64,000 nucleotides of DNA from Lama glama (Eukaryota). The position numbers and the translations under genes are program-made. The stretch spans positions 70,000,001 through 70,064,000 of the forward strand of contig CM052816.1 of the NCBI GenBank assembly GCA_028534125.1. The letters run 5' to 3'. Shown one piece after another: positions 13,611-25,795 of the stretch (positions are counted from its first letter, which is position 1; the number at the start of each line of letters is the position of its first letter). A model generated the notes under the pieces. The model did not search any database. It was not told where the DNA came from and saw nothing but the letters and a program-made list of their open reading frames with translations.

Positions 13611-13879
13611 GTGATTTCAAATTCAGAAGATTCTTTAGAGGAATCAATGAACTGTTATACCATATGTAAAATCTAAAATGCAAAAAAACTGGGATCCTTT
13701 TTAAAAAAAAGTTGTTAAAAATTCAATCACTTACAGAAAACTGCAAAAATTTTATGAATGTCAAAAAAAAGGCATGTAAGTAAACAAAAAAGCAAACAGA
13801 TAACTTTCTTGAGCTTCTTTGAAGTGACCTTCAACCATAATAGCTAAGTAATTCTCAAGTGTTTTTTGATCAGTAAATC

Positions 13880-14430
13880 AAATCAAATCACTTTTCCACT
13901 TAAAACCCTATGATGGCTTCTCATTAAAATTAAGATAAAATTCAAACTTGTTACCATGGGCCTAAGGATCCAGCTCCTGCCTACCTCTCTAAGTATATCA
14001 CTCTCCCCTCTTCTCAGTCTCAAAGTTTTCCTTCTCTTCTCTGACTACCACCACCAGCTAGTTGACACTTTGGGACATTAGCTTTTTCATCTACCTGGTA
14101 TGCTATTACCTCGGATTCTCACGTAGCTAGCTCCTTCTCATCATTAGTTCATAGTTCATACCTTCTCAAAGTGTCTTTCCTTGATTGTCCTATAAATAAC
14201 CTCTATTCTACCTAAGCCCCGAACTACTCTCTATCCATCACCTGCTTGATTTTTTCCTATAACATTAATCTGAGAGTATCTTAATAATTTAGAAATAAAG
14301 TTAGCATATGCTTACACATGAAAATATAAGCTCTAAGGGCAACAATGCTGTTCCTTATTTACTGCTATATCCTCAGGGCCTACAATATGGCACATAGCAG
14401 GTACTCAAGTAATTGAATGAATAAATGAAA
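13880..14430 (+). mobile_element. L2 LINE 3' portion
   Basis: cttaaaaccctatgatggcttctcatt...ctcctgcctacctctc...ggcacatagcaggtactcaagtaattgaatgaataaatga (L2 tail). Confidence 0.85.
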
Positions 14431-17400
14431 AAGTAGCATTTTATATTATAAATATGGGATGAGCAAAAAAAAAAAAACAAAAAACCAACCCTCCTTGCAG
14501 GATCTTCACAAAGAGCTACAGATTATAGTAGGTGAAAACTCCTAGCCCTAGAGGTGTTTTAGTCTCCAAACACTCTCCGCATGGACCACAGCAGCCACGT
14601 TTGAATGTTTAATACATTATAAAGCTCACTAAACCAGAAACTTTGTTTTAATATTTTAGATGTCAAGTCTCTAGCTACTGAATTAGGCTTAAAAGTTTTT
14701 TTAATTGATAGATTTTAATTATAACAATACATACTCATTAGTCATTGTAATAGATGCAAATCAGTATACTAACTAATCAGATCCTCAGTTGTTGAACTTA
14801 AAATAGCATTCTCAGCCATCATTTTGGTATATTTGTGTCCTATATGTTGCTTAGAAAAAGCTAAAATCATTTTCTATACCTATTTTATGGAAAGCATTAA
14901 ATTTTTTTAAAAAGACCCTCATTAACTAACATGCAATAAACTCAAAGTTGAAACAAGTAAAGTATTAAACATGAAACAGGAACTGAACAAGGAAAGTCTA
15001 CTCACACATTTCTTGAAAAGTATGCCTTATAAAGAGAATTTTGTGGATGCATAGTATGTTGCACACGGTAAAGCTTCCATATCACTCACTACCCTATGTT
15101 TTAAGCTTTCTCATCTTGTAAAACAGGAACGATATGTGCAGGCTTGCAAGAGACATCCTGAAGAGTAAAATCAGAGCACAGACTGTCATATAAGATTAGA
15201 AAGCCTAAACACAGAAACAGATTTCAAGTTCACTAGTCTCAAATTCCAAGGTCTGCCTTTTCCTTTCCTTTCCTCCACATTCTATTCCCAGAGATACATG
15301 ACATAAATAGGGGGGGGAAAAAAACTGTCGCCAAAAGATGTTGCTCTTTTCTTCATTTCCTCTTATTCCTGCCTTCACTAAGAACTTAATTATATGATGA
15401 TGGACATGAGGCTTTTAACAAGTTTAATGTGGGTTATCTGGATTAATTCTTGAAATTATCTGACAAGCCAGTCAATTAAAAAAGCTATAATTCTAAAAAC
15501 AGTATCTTCTTTCCACCAAAGAAACAAACAACAACGATAACAAAATCCTATCTACATTCAAATAGAGTAAAAAAATAAAACATCAACTATCTACATACTT
15601 TGATATAAACCTTGATGATCAGTTTATAATTATATTGAGTTAAATAAATAAAATTAGACAACCAATTTCCAAGGAGGTAATATACAGCTTATATATTTTG
15701 AATTCATTAAAAAATAGAAAATATATTTTCACATATAAATTGTATAATCCCTAAAATATGACCAAGAAATCTTAATATAAATTCTAAACAAAGTATCAAT
15801 TCTATTTTTTGAGACCAAAAACTCCTACATAATAACATGCAAGAATTTTAAATTTGTGAAAGCAAGTGTCAAGTACTATACACAATTTCCATACACAGCA
15901 GGTAGTAAAGCAAGAAAAGAACTGACACAGTTACTCTCCTTAAAAGAGACATACAATGGAGAACTGTTATACAGCGCTAGCATACTACAGAACTATGCAT
16001 TAAAGATGTTGTGGCTATTAACAGTTTAAACCTTTACTGTATTTTACTAATTGGTACATAGAGCTTTAAAGCTTTTGAAAGATAAAACATTCCAGTCAGT
16101 TCAATTCTCCAGCATTGTTCAAGTATTCCAAGCAGGAACAAAGAGGAAAATAAATCTGCTTTAATTGCTGAAGAATCAGAGATAATAGAGACGGCTGAAC
16201 ACTGCAGAGGAAAGATGTTTTTGTTCCCCAAACAATTTTAATATATAGAAAGATCATTTTCTATTTTAAATGTAAATGGTTCCTGGCTGCGTATTAGAAC
16301 TGTTATAACATTCATTTCTTCTGTATTAATAAGTACAAATTTTATACAGCTTGATAGTATGTGAAAATAACACTATAATTGGGAATATATTTTAGAACAC
16401 AAAGTTCTATATTTATCAATATAATTTTATTTAAAATAAGTGTATATAATAAATGATCTGACTTGTTTTAATTAATGTTAAATGCAGGAGTTACCTGTTT
16501 TAAAACTAATATGTCATTAATAAGAGAAGAAATATTTCAATTTTAAAGGATGAATTAATTCTATTAATTAAATAGAATTCAGTAATGTAAGAGAAGTTTT
16601 ATCCATAAACATAAAACAAGCTATTTTAATATTAGTTCATATGCTTAGGTATATATGTTATATAATAGGAATATTAAATGCAATTTAGAAATTTTCTGAA
16701 CATATAAAAAATCACTTACTATGTGATTAACACTATTGGTACATAATATATTTACTATCCCAAACATGTAGATGTTTACTTCTAACTATACTAAGTTATA
16801 ACATTTTTCATTACTTGAATTTTTTTATATTTTCAAAATCTCCTTCCCTCCCCACCCCATCCCCCACCACACACCCCAATACTGGAAAAAAAAGGCCAAT
16901 TAAAGAATGACCACCATTTCACTATAAAATTTACACTTCCAAAATCTTTAGTCACTACTTCTTCCATAGAATTTTAAGCAATGTATTTCTAAAATCTTAA
17001 AGGCTATTCACCAATTATTTTTCAGTAGCTTGTGGGTAGTGTAAAACCAACAGAGAAGTACATTCTAAAAAAACTACTGCTGTTTTAAAACCTAAAAACT
17101 ATATTGCAAACCAACATTTATATTTAGTGAATACTTTTTCCATTTTTAATAGTCTCATCTAAATACAAGAATATAAATAAGCATCTACAGACTAAAAAAC
17201 ATTAAAAAACATTATTCCATATTTATAGAAAGTCTTAAAGAAATAAACCCTCATGCTAAACTGCCACCAGGGAAGGTTCTCAAAGGCTGCTATTCTTTGA
17301 TGTAAAATGAAATACTACTTAGTGAATAAAACATAAAAAACTCCTGTCTTCCCTTCAAAGAGACATATCCTTTGACCCAGTGCTCCAGACTAAAGCCTTG

Positions 17401-18424
17401 ACATTTTTGCACAAGAATGCTGCATGAGGAAAGTCCAGACAAAACAGACACTTGAGATGCTAGAAGGCTGTTAGAAGGCTGTATAACCCCAATTGCAGGC
17501 ACTACTCCTTCCAATAATCTAGCAGAGATAGCACTGCCGTACACCAAAAGAAAGTAATCTCACCAAAAGAAAAACTGACCCCTCAAAAAAAAAAAAAAGA
17601 AAGAAACAAAGAAAAAGCAAGCAGTCAAAGCAAATGTAAGCCTGTAACTTAGGTTTATCTTTCTGTGCAGGTTACCTCTTAATGACCAATTTTTTAATTC
17701 AAGTTTGTAGACTTATAAAGTTTTCATCTATAAACTTTTAGTATTGTAGGAGGCAAAAATAATATAAAGCAAATGTTTGTGTAGCGAATAGTTTTATTTT
17801 TAAAGACAAAAATCATTCATTTTCACAAATTTCTTAGAGCAAGTTAAAGCAAGGAAAAAATTTAAAACCTATTAAAGTGATAAAATTTCTAAAATAACTT
17901 GCTGTTTGCAAACATTTTAAAACAGCAATATTATCACCCTGTTGGCTGAGTGTGTTAATAACGTGTGCTTAATCAAACAGCAGTTATTTACTACAGGTAT
18001 CAGTAGTAATAAAGCTTTAACTACTGTGTTACTACTATTCGGAAGAAACTGCCAGACAGTAAAACACAACAAATTGGCAACATTCAAAACACTGACTTTA
18101 TTTTACATGCACACCTAATTTTTAAATAAAGATATTAATATGGACTACTTAAAATGTTCAAACTGTTAGGATTTCATATTAATAGTATGTACTATAAAGT
18201 AATTTTTCAAAAAAAAAGCTCAGAAATCATTCCCAACACACAGATTTGAGATTTACAGATTGCTAAATAGAAAGTTTCCTTTCTTATATGCATTTGTGTT
18301 GAACATACATGTATAACTAACCATAACACTTCCATAAGATTTAAAACAAGTGGTGCTTAATAGTTTTTAAGTAAAATAACTAAGTACCTAAATGAAAACA
18401 AAGCACTGAAAATATCAATATAAA

Positions 18425-18490
18425 TACTGAAGCATAGTGCCTGGCACACTTAAATGCTCAATAAATATTTATTGAATAAGTGAAGAATGA
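18425..18490 (+). mobile_element. L2 3' tail
   Basis: agcatagtgcctggcacacttaaatgctcaataaatatttattgaataagtgaa. Confidence 0.75.
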
Positions 18491-19377
18491 AGGAAAGATG
18501 ACAGCTAACATAATTTTACAGAAGTAATATACTAATGTCAAACTATTAAGGCTTATGTCACATTATTTTCATTAATAAACCAATAATTCTTATATTTTAT
18601 CAGGACATTTTTCTCCTTTTTGTATTAAAATATTAACTATGTCAGTTATAGTTAATATCAGGTAATTATGATAAATAGAATTAGTATTTTAAAATAGTTA
18701 ATAAAAATAATTAAAAAGCAAATAAAAAGTATACCTATGTAGGTTAAATTTAAGCTTTGGATGTTTTGTGGGGGAGTACCTACCCCAAATCTTTACAGAG
18801 TATTGAAAATATAACTTCTCTCTTTTGCATAATAAAGTGAATATAAAAAGACAATGTGTTCATTGGGTATTCATCAAATGTACTGAAAGGAGATTGGGGT
18901 GGGGTAGCATAAAGAAAAAAGTTACTCTCTTAATAAAGCACAAAGGCAAAGACATTCTTCACCCAACTTCCATGGCAAAGCAACTCCTGCAACAAAAAAC
19001 AAGAGCCTGGCAAACAACCATTTGTAAGCTTTCCTTGTTATCTGTAGGAAGCATCACATATTTGGAAATAATAACGGTGCAACCCACAAAAGTTCTAAAC
19101 ATTGTGCTTCTACATAAATCGACAAGATTATTTTAAGATGCTGTCATCTACTCTTTTGATATTTAACGTTTTATTAGTTGCAGGAGTAAAAGGACAGCAG
19201 CTTATACAAAACAAACAAGAGAGAAGATATTAAGACTGACTAATCAAAAAATTTACTTTGTATTCTGATATAAAATTCATTATTAGCAGTAATCTAGGAA
19301 TTACTATAATTTTGTTCTCTGAAGATCTGTTCTCTAACAATGTCAACACTGTACATAGTTCTAAAATAACAGAATAG

Positions 19378-19421
19378 AATTCTTTACACTAGAAATGCCA
19401 ATTCTTTACACTAGAAATTCC
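19378..19421. repeat. 22-bp tandem duplication
   Basis: aattctttacactagaaatgcc / aattctttacactagaaattcc (21/22 identical). Confidence 0.9.
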
Positions 19422-20012
19422 CCCTCTAAATTCTATGCCTAAAAATGATAGGATACAAGTTGTCAATCTACAACTGATGGCCAGAATAAAACATCTTTTT
19501 CTTTGTATAATACTGACATCCACGAACACTACAAAAATTCCTTTTATCGTTATGTTTTGTATATTAAATTCTGCCTGTCAGATATGTTAAAAAAAAAAAA
19601 AGCCATGAAAATCAAGTTTCACTTGGTAACATGCCCTTTGAGCTAATCTGGTGATAGTTAAAAATAATAAGGAGCATACACTTAAGATGGAAGAAATGAA
19701 ACATGACTTGATAAAAGTACAAATAAAAAAGGGTCTGAGGTTATACCTCTTCATGAAATTCCCATAAGGAAGAAGTATGAGAACCTAATTTTTAGTTCCC
19801 TAACTAGACTGCTGAGATTAAAAGGAAAAGAGGTAATAATTCCCACCATATCGTGCACCATACATCTGGAGTACCATAAGAAATACTGGCAACAACATTT
19901 TAAAAGGAATTCATCAAATTGGAAGGTACTCAAGATGATGAATTAACTGAATCTCATCTGAAATGAATCAAAGCCCTGAGGATGTTTAAGCCAGAAAAGA
20001 GAAGACTTAAGA

Positions 20013-21247
20013 GAATGATCCTCAAAAATTTTGGTCTCAGGACTCCTTTACACTCTTAACTACTACTGGGACCCCAATGAAAGTTTGTTTATATGAGATA
20101 TACCTATAGATAATTATCATGTAAGAAATTAAAATGGAAAAAATTTAAATACATATTTTATTAATAAGCTGATTATAATTAACATAAATATAAAAATATT
20201 TTTAAAAACTAAAAAATTAAGTGAGAAGAGTAGCACTTCTGAAAGTCTCTAATGTCTAGCTTAATAGAAGACAGTTGAATTCTAACATCTTTTCTTAAAG
20301 TCAAGCTTTTGGCTAAGTCGTCTTGGTTGCAATATATGAAGGAAATTCATTCTCACACAGATATGTAATTTGAAAAGGGAGCAATACTTTAGTAGCCTTA
20401 ATATTTCCATTCTCACATTAAATCCATTGTTTGCTCTCCCAACTTTAATTGAAATTTTACCCACGCGTGATTTTATAACATCATACGTCAGTCACATGGA
20501 AAATACTGGTTCACTGAAGTATGCAGATCTTCCAAATGTTAACAAATTTCATTACACAATATTTAAAAAGTCATATTCATTAATATCCCATTAGAACAGT
20601 CTTTAAGTACTGGGAAGTTGTCAAGCTCACTCTGATCAGCGGTAGAATCAAGTTTTACAGAAATTCTAATTTTCACCTGAAAGCTTGAAGTTCATGATGG
20701 GCAACACTTTCTAGAAGTGACTAGTTTATTTTTGAAAAATGTCTGCCATGTAACAAAGACCAAATAACCATAATCAGTCTGTCATCTGTTATTGCTTTTT
20801 CACCTAAACAGTGTTCCATGAAAAAAAGAACTAACTTCAGTTTGCAACAGCAACTCAACCATGCAAGTGCTTTTCAGTATGCAGGAGTTTTATGCATACT
20901 TCAGTTTGCTACATGGAACACAGAAAGATGTGTATGCAGAATTGAGATTTCTAAAAATCAATAATTTTCACTGCTTCATCAAGGATGTTAAGTGAAACTG
21001 GCTTAAAAAAAAACCCTCAAATGCAATGATGTGAAGGATACAATGACAGGTAGCATAGTTAAAGCCACTGCCTTGATTTATGCTAAAGTTTTGGCACAGT
21101 TGCTTTTGTAACATTAGTATCAATATTAACACAGTGAAAAGGGTAAATAAAGTCTCTGTATAATTATGAAAATAGTTTGACTTTGTGGACCTCCTACAAA
21201 GATCTCACCCCCTCACCTCTCCTACCAAGACTCTTTGAGAACCACAG
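20013..21247 (+). mobile_element. hAT-Charlie DNA transposon (Charlie4/4a-like), non-autonomous
   Basis: Left end ctcaaaaattttggtctcaggactcctttacactctta; right end gaaaatagtttgactttgtggacc...ctttgagaaccacag. Confidence 0.8.
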
Positions 21248-21287
21248 ATTTAGGACCAAAGAGCTGTTTTCAAATATACAGAAGGCT

Positions 21288-21475
21288 ACTGATAAACAGT
21301 AAGGTCCTACTGTATAGCACAGGGAACTATATTCAATAGCTTGTAATAACTTATAATGAAAAGGAATATGAAAAAGATACATATATGTATAACAGAATTA
21401 CTGTACTATACACCAGAAACTAACACAATATTGTAAATCAACTATACTTCAATTAAGAGGAAAAAAAAAAAAGCA
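21288..21475 (+). mobile_element. Young artiodactyl-type L1 3' end (5'-truncated)
   Basis: aaggtcctactgtatagcacagggaactatattcaata...ttgtaaatcaactatacttcaatt plus A-tail. Confidence 0.9.
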
Positions 21476-21624
21476 AAAAATAAAGCCAATCGGATGTAGT
21501 GGGGTGGGGAAGCAGGCTTTCATGTAGAAAATGGCCTACTTATTGCTAGGGCAGATCCTGAACCAATGGATGTTATTTATAAAGAAGCGGATTAGCACCA
21601 AATTGAGAAACAACATTTTCCCTT

Positions 21625-22860
21625 TTAAAAAACTGAGCTATAATTTATAAACGGTAAAATGAATCCTTTATAGTGTACAGTTGTTTTCTAACAAATGAAT
21701 ACCAAAAAATTAATTTTGACCTAAAAATATCAACACCAAAATCAAGATACAGAACAGTTATATCACCCCCTACCAAGATTTCCTAATGCCCTTTATAGTT
21801 AATTCCTTCTCCCATATCCAATCCCAAAAACCACTGATCAGTTTTTTGTCCCTGGAGTTTTGCCTATTGTAGAATGTCAAATATGTGGAATCACACAGTA
21901 TGTATGTACCCTTTTAGTCTGGCTTCTTAGCATAATGCACATAATATTCATCCACATTTGTTCCTAATCAGTGAGCTGAAATCTACTGTATAGATGTACT
22001 GAAGGACAGTCAGGTTGTTTCCAGTTACTGGAATTATGAATAAATCTATTAAAGACATTTGCATGCAGTAAATGTAAGATTTCATTTCACTTGGGTAAAT
22101 ATTTAGAAGTGAGACTACTGGATTATGTATGGTAAACGTATGTCTAACTTTGTAAGAAACTACCATACTGCTTTCCAAAATAACTACACCATTTTGCATT
22201 CCTATGAGAGTTCTAGTAGCTCTGCATCCTTCCTAGCATTTGATATGGTCAGTTTTTTTAAGTAATTCAAATAAGTGTGTAATGATCTCATTGTAGTTTT
22301 AATATGCAATTTCATAATCACTAATGATGTTAAGCATCTTTTCATGTGTTTATTTCTCACCTGAGTATCTTCCAGGTTAAAGATGTGTAAGCAGAATTGA
22401 GATTTTTAAAACTCAATAATTTTTAAATGTAATAATTAAAAAAATCAATCATTTTTATTTGGCTTAATATCTTCTTATTTACTTATAAGTAGTATCTATT
22501 TTCTGGACACAATTCCTTTATCAGATATGTGATTTGTAAATATGTTCTCCCAATCTATGGCTTGTCTTTTCCCTCTCTTAATGTCTTTCAAAGAAATTTT
22601 TATTTGTGAGGAAGTCCAAATTTGCAACTTTTTAAAAAATGGATTATGCTTTGGTATTATAGCTAAAAAAAATTTGTCTAATCCAAAATTACAAAGATTT
22701 TCTCCTACATTTTCTTCTAGTTTTATAATTTTTAGTTTTAATTTCAGAGTTTGTATCTAGGGCTCTGAGTTAATTTTTAAGTATGGTGCAAGGTATGAAT
22801 GAAGGGTTTTTTTGCATTTGAATATACAATTATTCAATCTTCATTTGTTTTAAAGACTTA
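21625..22860 (-). mobile_element. Old L1 (L1MC/MD-like) 3' region
   Basis: ccattttgcattcc, gatctcattgtagttttaatatgcaatttc, cctttatcagatatgtgatttgtaaatatgttctccca. ORF 21948-22199 is an L1 ORF2-end remnant. Confidence 0.85.
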
Positions 22861-24439
22861 TTTTTTTTTCCATAAGAAACAGCCTTCTAATAATCATGGC
22901 TGATCAGTAACATAAAGAACAGCCTCAAAAGAAATGAGAATCAGCTGGGAATTTTTAAAACAGACATTCAAGAACCAGTTGTTCAGTCCAATTAGAAAAG
23001 GGCAGAACATTAAATTTTCTTTCCAAATCTCACTCTATGAAGTCCCCAGAGGGAGCTTTCTTAGGGAGGACTTCCTCCCTCATGCTCTCAATCCTCACCC
23101 TACAGCAGTTCAGCTTTTATCTAGTTTATTACTTTTTGAATTCCCACATAAAATTTCTGTTAAAGAAAAGGTTAAACAATTTTTTAAATGAAAAATAACC
23201 TGATGCAGTAATATAACTTGGTAATATCTAAAGTTATCCTCTGATTTTGAATTCCTAAGATCCATTTTCTGAAACTAGACTAACCATTGAAATTGATCCC
23301 TAAGTTTGGTCCATATGCTTAATCACTGGGCCTTAATAGGCATCATCTACATTAATTTTAAAAATATATTATATAAAAATATTCAATAGAAATCATGATA
23401 ATGGCTAGTTTCTTTACCTTCCAATTAAGATTCTCATTTCTAACCAATTTTACAAATGTAACAGTAGTCTAGTGTTGAGTAATTAATAAAAATGTTATTA
23501 TAAGTCAATACATGGTTTTATCTTACATAATAGTGACATTAAAATTTTTCCACATCTCATTTAAAAATACTCATCTATTTCACATTTTGAAATATTTTCA
23601 TCACTTAATGTTGATATGTATTTTTTAGAATCATTTTTGTTCAAAATGCAAAAATAATCAACTCCAATTGCCAATATTTATGGAAGTGGCCTTCAGCCCC
23701 TGGACTTATCATTATGCTACTTATTAAACTCTCTGTCCAACAATGTATAGGAACATGGTATTATGTCACCTATTTATTTAATATTTTCATTTTAATGTAA
23801 AACTAAACAGATGGCTAAAACTTAGGTTTGAAAATTACCTAAAGGCTTCCATACTAAGTATCACTTCAAAAACTTTGAATAATCAATTATACATAAGACT
23901 TCTTCTGAAATATTAGATTGGCATTTTGACTAACATACTTCAAAAAAGACAAAACAAAGCTAGGGAAAATATATGAAGGGCAACAAAATTCATTAAAAGT
24001 GTGCAACTGATTTTAGGAGATATTACTAAAAACACAAAATTCAAAGCAGTTTGTGTACCTCTCTGGTATGCTTCATAGCACCTTGTTTAGAGCAATGGAT
24101 TGCTGTCTGACATATTCATTTTGCAAACTAGAAAGAAGAGAATTTAGAAGCACTACTGACAAACTTTCTAAAATTTGAAACTTTATTATAGAAAGTAAAC
24201 CTCATATTACTGGAACAAGAAAGTAATCTTTTGGGGCTTAAAAGAGATGGTCATTGGAAAAAGTAAAATAATAATACTTTCATTAATTAAGGAACACATG
24301 ACATGTGTAAATCCTCCTCCTCTCACACACATACTTGTCTCATTTCTTCTACACTTGACTAAGCAAATGATGTTGGATTACATTTGAAGAACAAGTAGAT
24401 GGTACCTGGATCAAGAGCTAGGGAATTGGTAAAAAGCGG

Positions 24440-24830
24440 CTAGGCATAATTAACAGACTCTGAATGCCCTGAAGCAGGAAAGAGCAGCAAGTTTCAGGCC
24501 TGGTGTGGCTGGAGCACACAGTATAAAAGACAGAGGTACAAGATAAGCTTAGAAAGACAGGAGTTAAATCCTCAAAGGCCATGATAGGATTTTAATGTTT
24601 ACTCTTAGGTCAGTAAGAAACAGCAAAGGATTTTACACAAGAAGATGACACAACCAGCATTTAATAAGACTATTCTGGTTATCCTGTGGAAAATGAATTA
24701 GAGGAAGATTAAAATATCTGTGGAGATCAACTGAGAAACTACTGTGGCAAACTAGGTGAAAGATGATGGTAGCCTAGACTAGGAGGATGGCAAGGTCAGT
24801 AGACAGATCTAAGAGACAATTTAAAGATAA
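24440..24830 (-). mobile_element. L2 fragment
   Basis: ggcctggtgtggctggagcac, ggccatgataggatttt, ggtgaaagatgatggtagcctagactagg. Confidence 0.75.
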
Positions 24831-25716
24831 AACCAACCAGCCCTAAGAATAGCCAGCCTTCCAAGTTATCTGTTTACTTACCTGTTTATTTATGTTTTTA
24901 TATTTAATGATGCAAATAGAAACTTAAGTGTGATCTATTATTTAAATTATGGTTATAGGCTCAAAATTAAGTGACCAAAGACTGTACAACAATCAGAAAG
25001 GGAGAAGTTAACACACCCATATATATGATCATTGTTAACCAGGTACAAAATGAAAAGCATGTTTATATTATGACATGTTTTTACTAGAAGTCTTAGAAAC
25101 TTTACAAAATTTGAATAATATAAGCATAAATAACAAGTTGCATCTAAAGTAACATCACACATTGAAAAATTTTACATGACCACTACCAAAATTCTATCTG
25201 CTGCTGATTAATAGAACATCATTCATTTGTTGCTAGTTGTAATCTCTCACGTATAAGGCAGAAATGGGATGTGTACATATGTGTGTGTGTATGTACACAC
25301 ACATATGCACACAGTAACAATTATCAGTCCCAGAAAAACCCAACACCCTTAATTTTAATTTTAGATAGTACTGGTGTCTTACAACTTAAACATGAGTGCA
25401 ACTGAGAAAATAAAGAACAATATATTCACTACAAAAATAAGAATGTTCTGATTTCTTACACATGCCACAAAAATGGAAGACTTCTGTACTTTCAACTTCT
25501 TAATATTTGTATTTGACTTAATATTTCTGTATAATGCTTAATATAAATTATCTTTGTATTTCAGTGATGAACACTTCTTCTTACAATTTATATACAATCT
25601 AAAATAATCAAATTCCAATCACTTTCTGAGAACCCAGAACACTATACCGAAAAATCTATTGTACAAAAATAACCCCAAAGGCTGACTCCTAGCAGTGTAC
25701 AGTCGAAAATTCTTAC

Positions 25717-25795
25717 CAATTTTTCATCAACTGTTATGAGTTGCGTGTCTCGAGTTTGGTCCTGTGCCAGCCTCCACATGGAAGTGCTCACCAAC
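25717..25795 (-). CDS. NDUFS4: NDUFS4 exon 2 (NADH:ubiquinone oxidoreductase subunit S4): end of the mitochondrial presequence and start of the mature AQDQ protein
   Basis: Minus strand reads ...cttgcactgcag|G TTG GTG AGC ACT TCC ATG TGG AGG CTG GCA CAG GAC CAA ACT CGA GAC ACG CAA CTC ATA ACA GTT GAT GAA AAA TTG|gtaaga, i.e. [26 protein letters not shown]. This matches the recalled mammalian NDUFS4 segment (human ...[23 protein letters not shown]). Length 79 nt, canonical AG/GT, enters in phase 2 and exits in phase 0. Confidence 0.97.

Larger units (their letters stand above)
1..25716 (-). other. NDUFS4: NDUFS4 intron 2 (partial; exon 3 lies left of the window)
   Basis: Follows the exon 2 donor GTAAG at 25716-25712. 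I saw no sequence encoding DITTLTGVPEEH (exon 3). NDUFS4 introns 1 and 2 are known to be tens of kb long. Confidence 0.85.

Noticed and set aside
24953..25162. 69-aa minus-strand ORF near exon 2
   Set aside because: No similarity to NDUFS4, and it is in a different frame from the spliced candidate exon; a chance frame.
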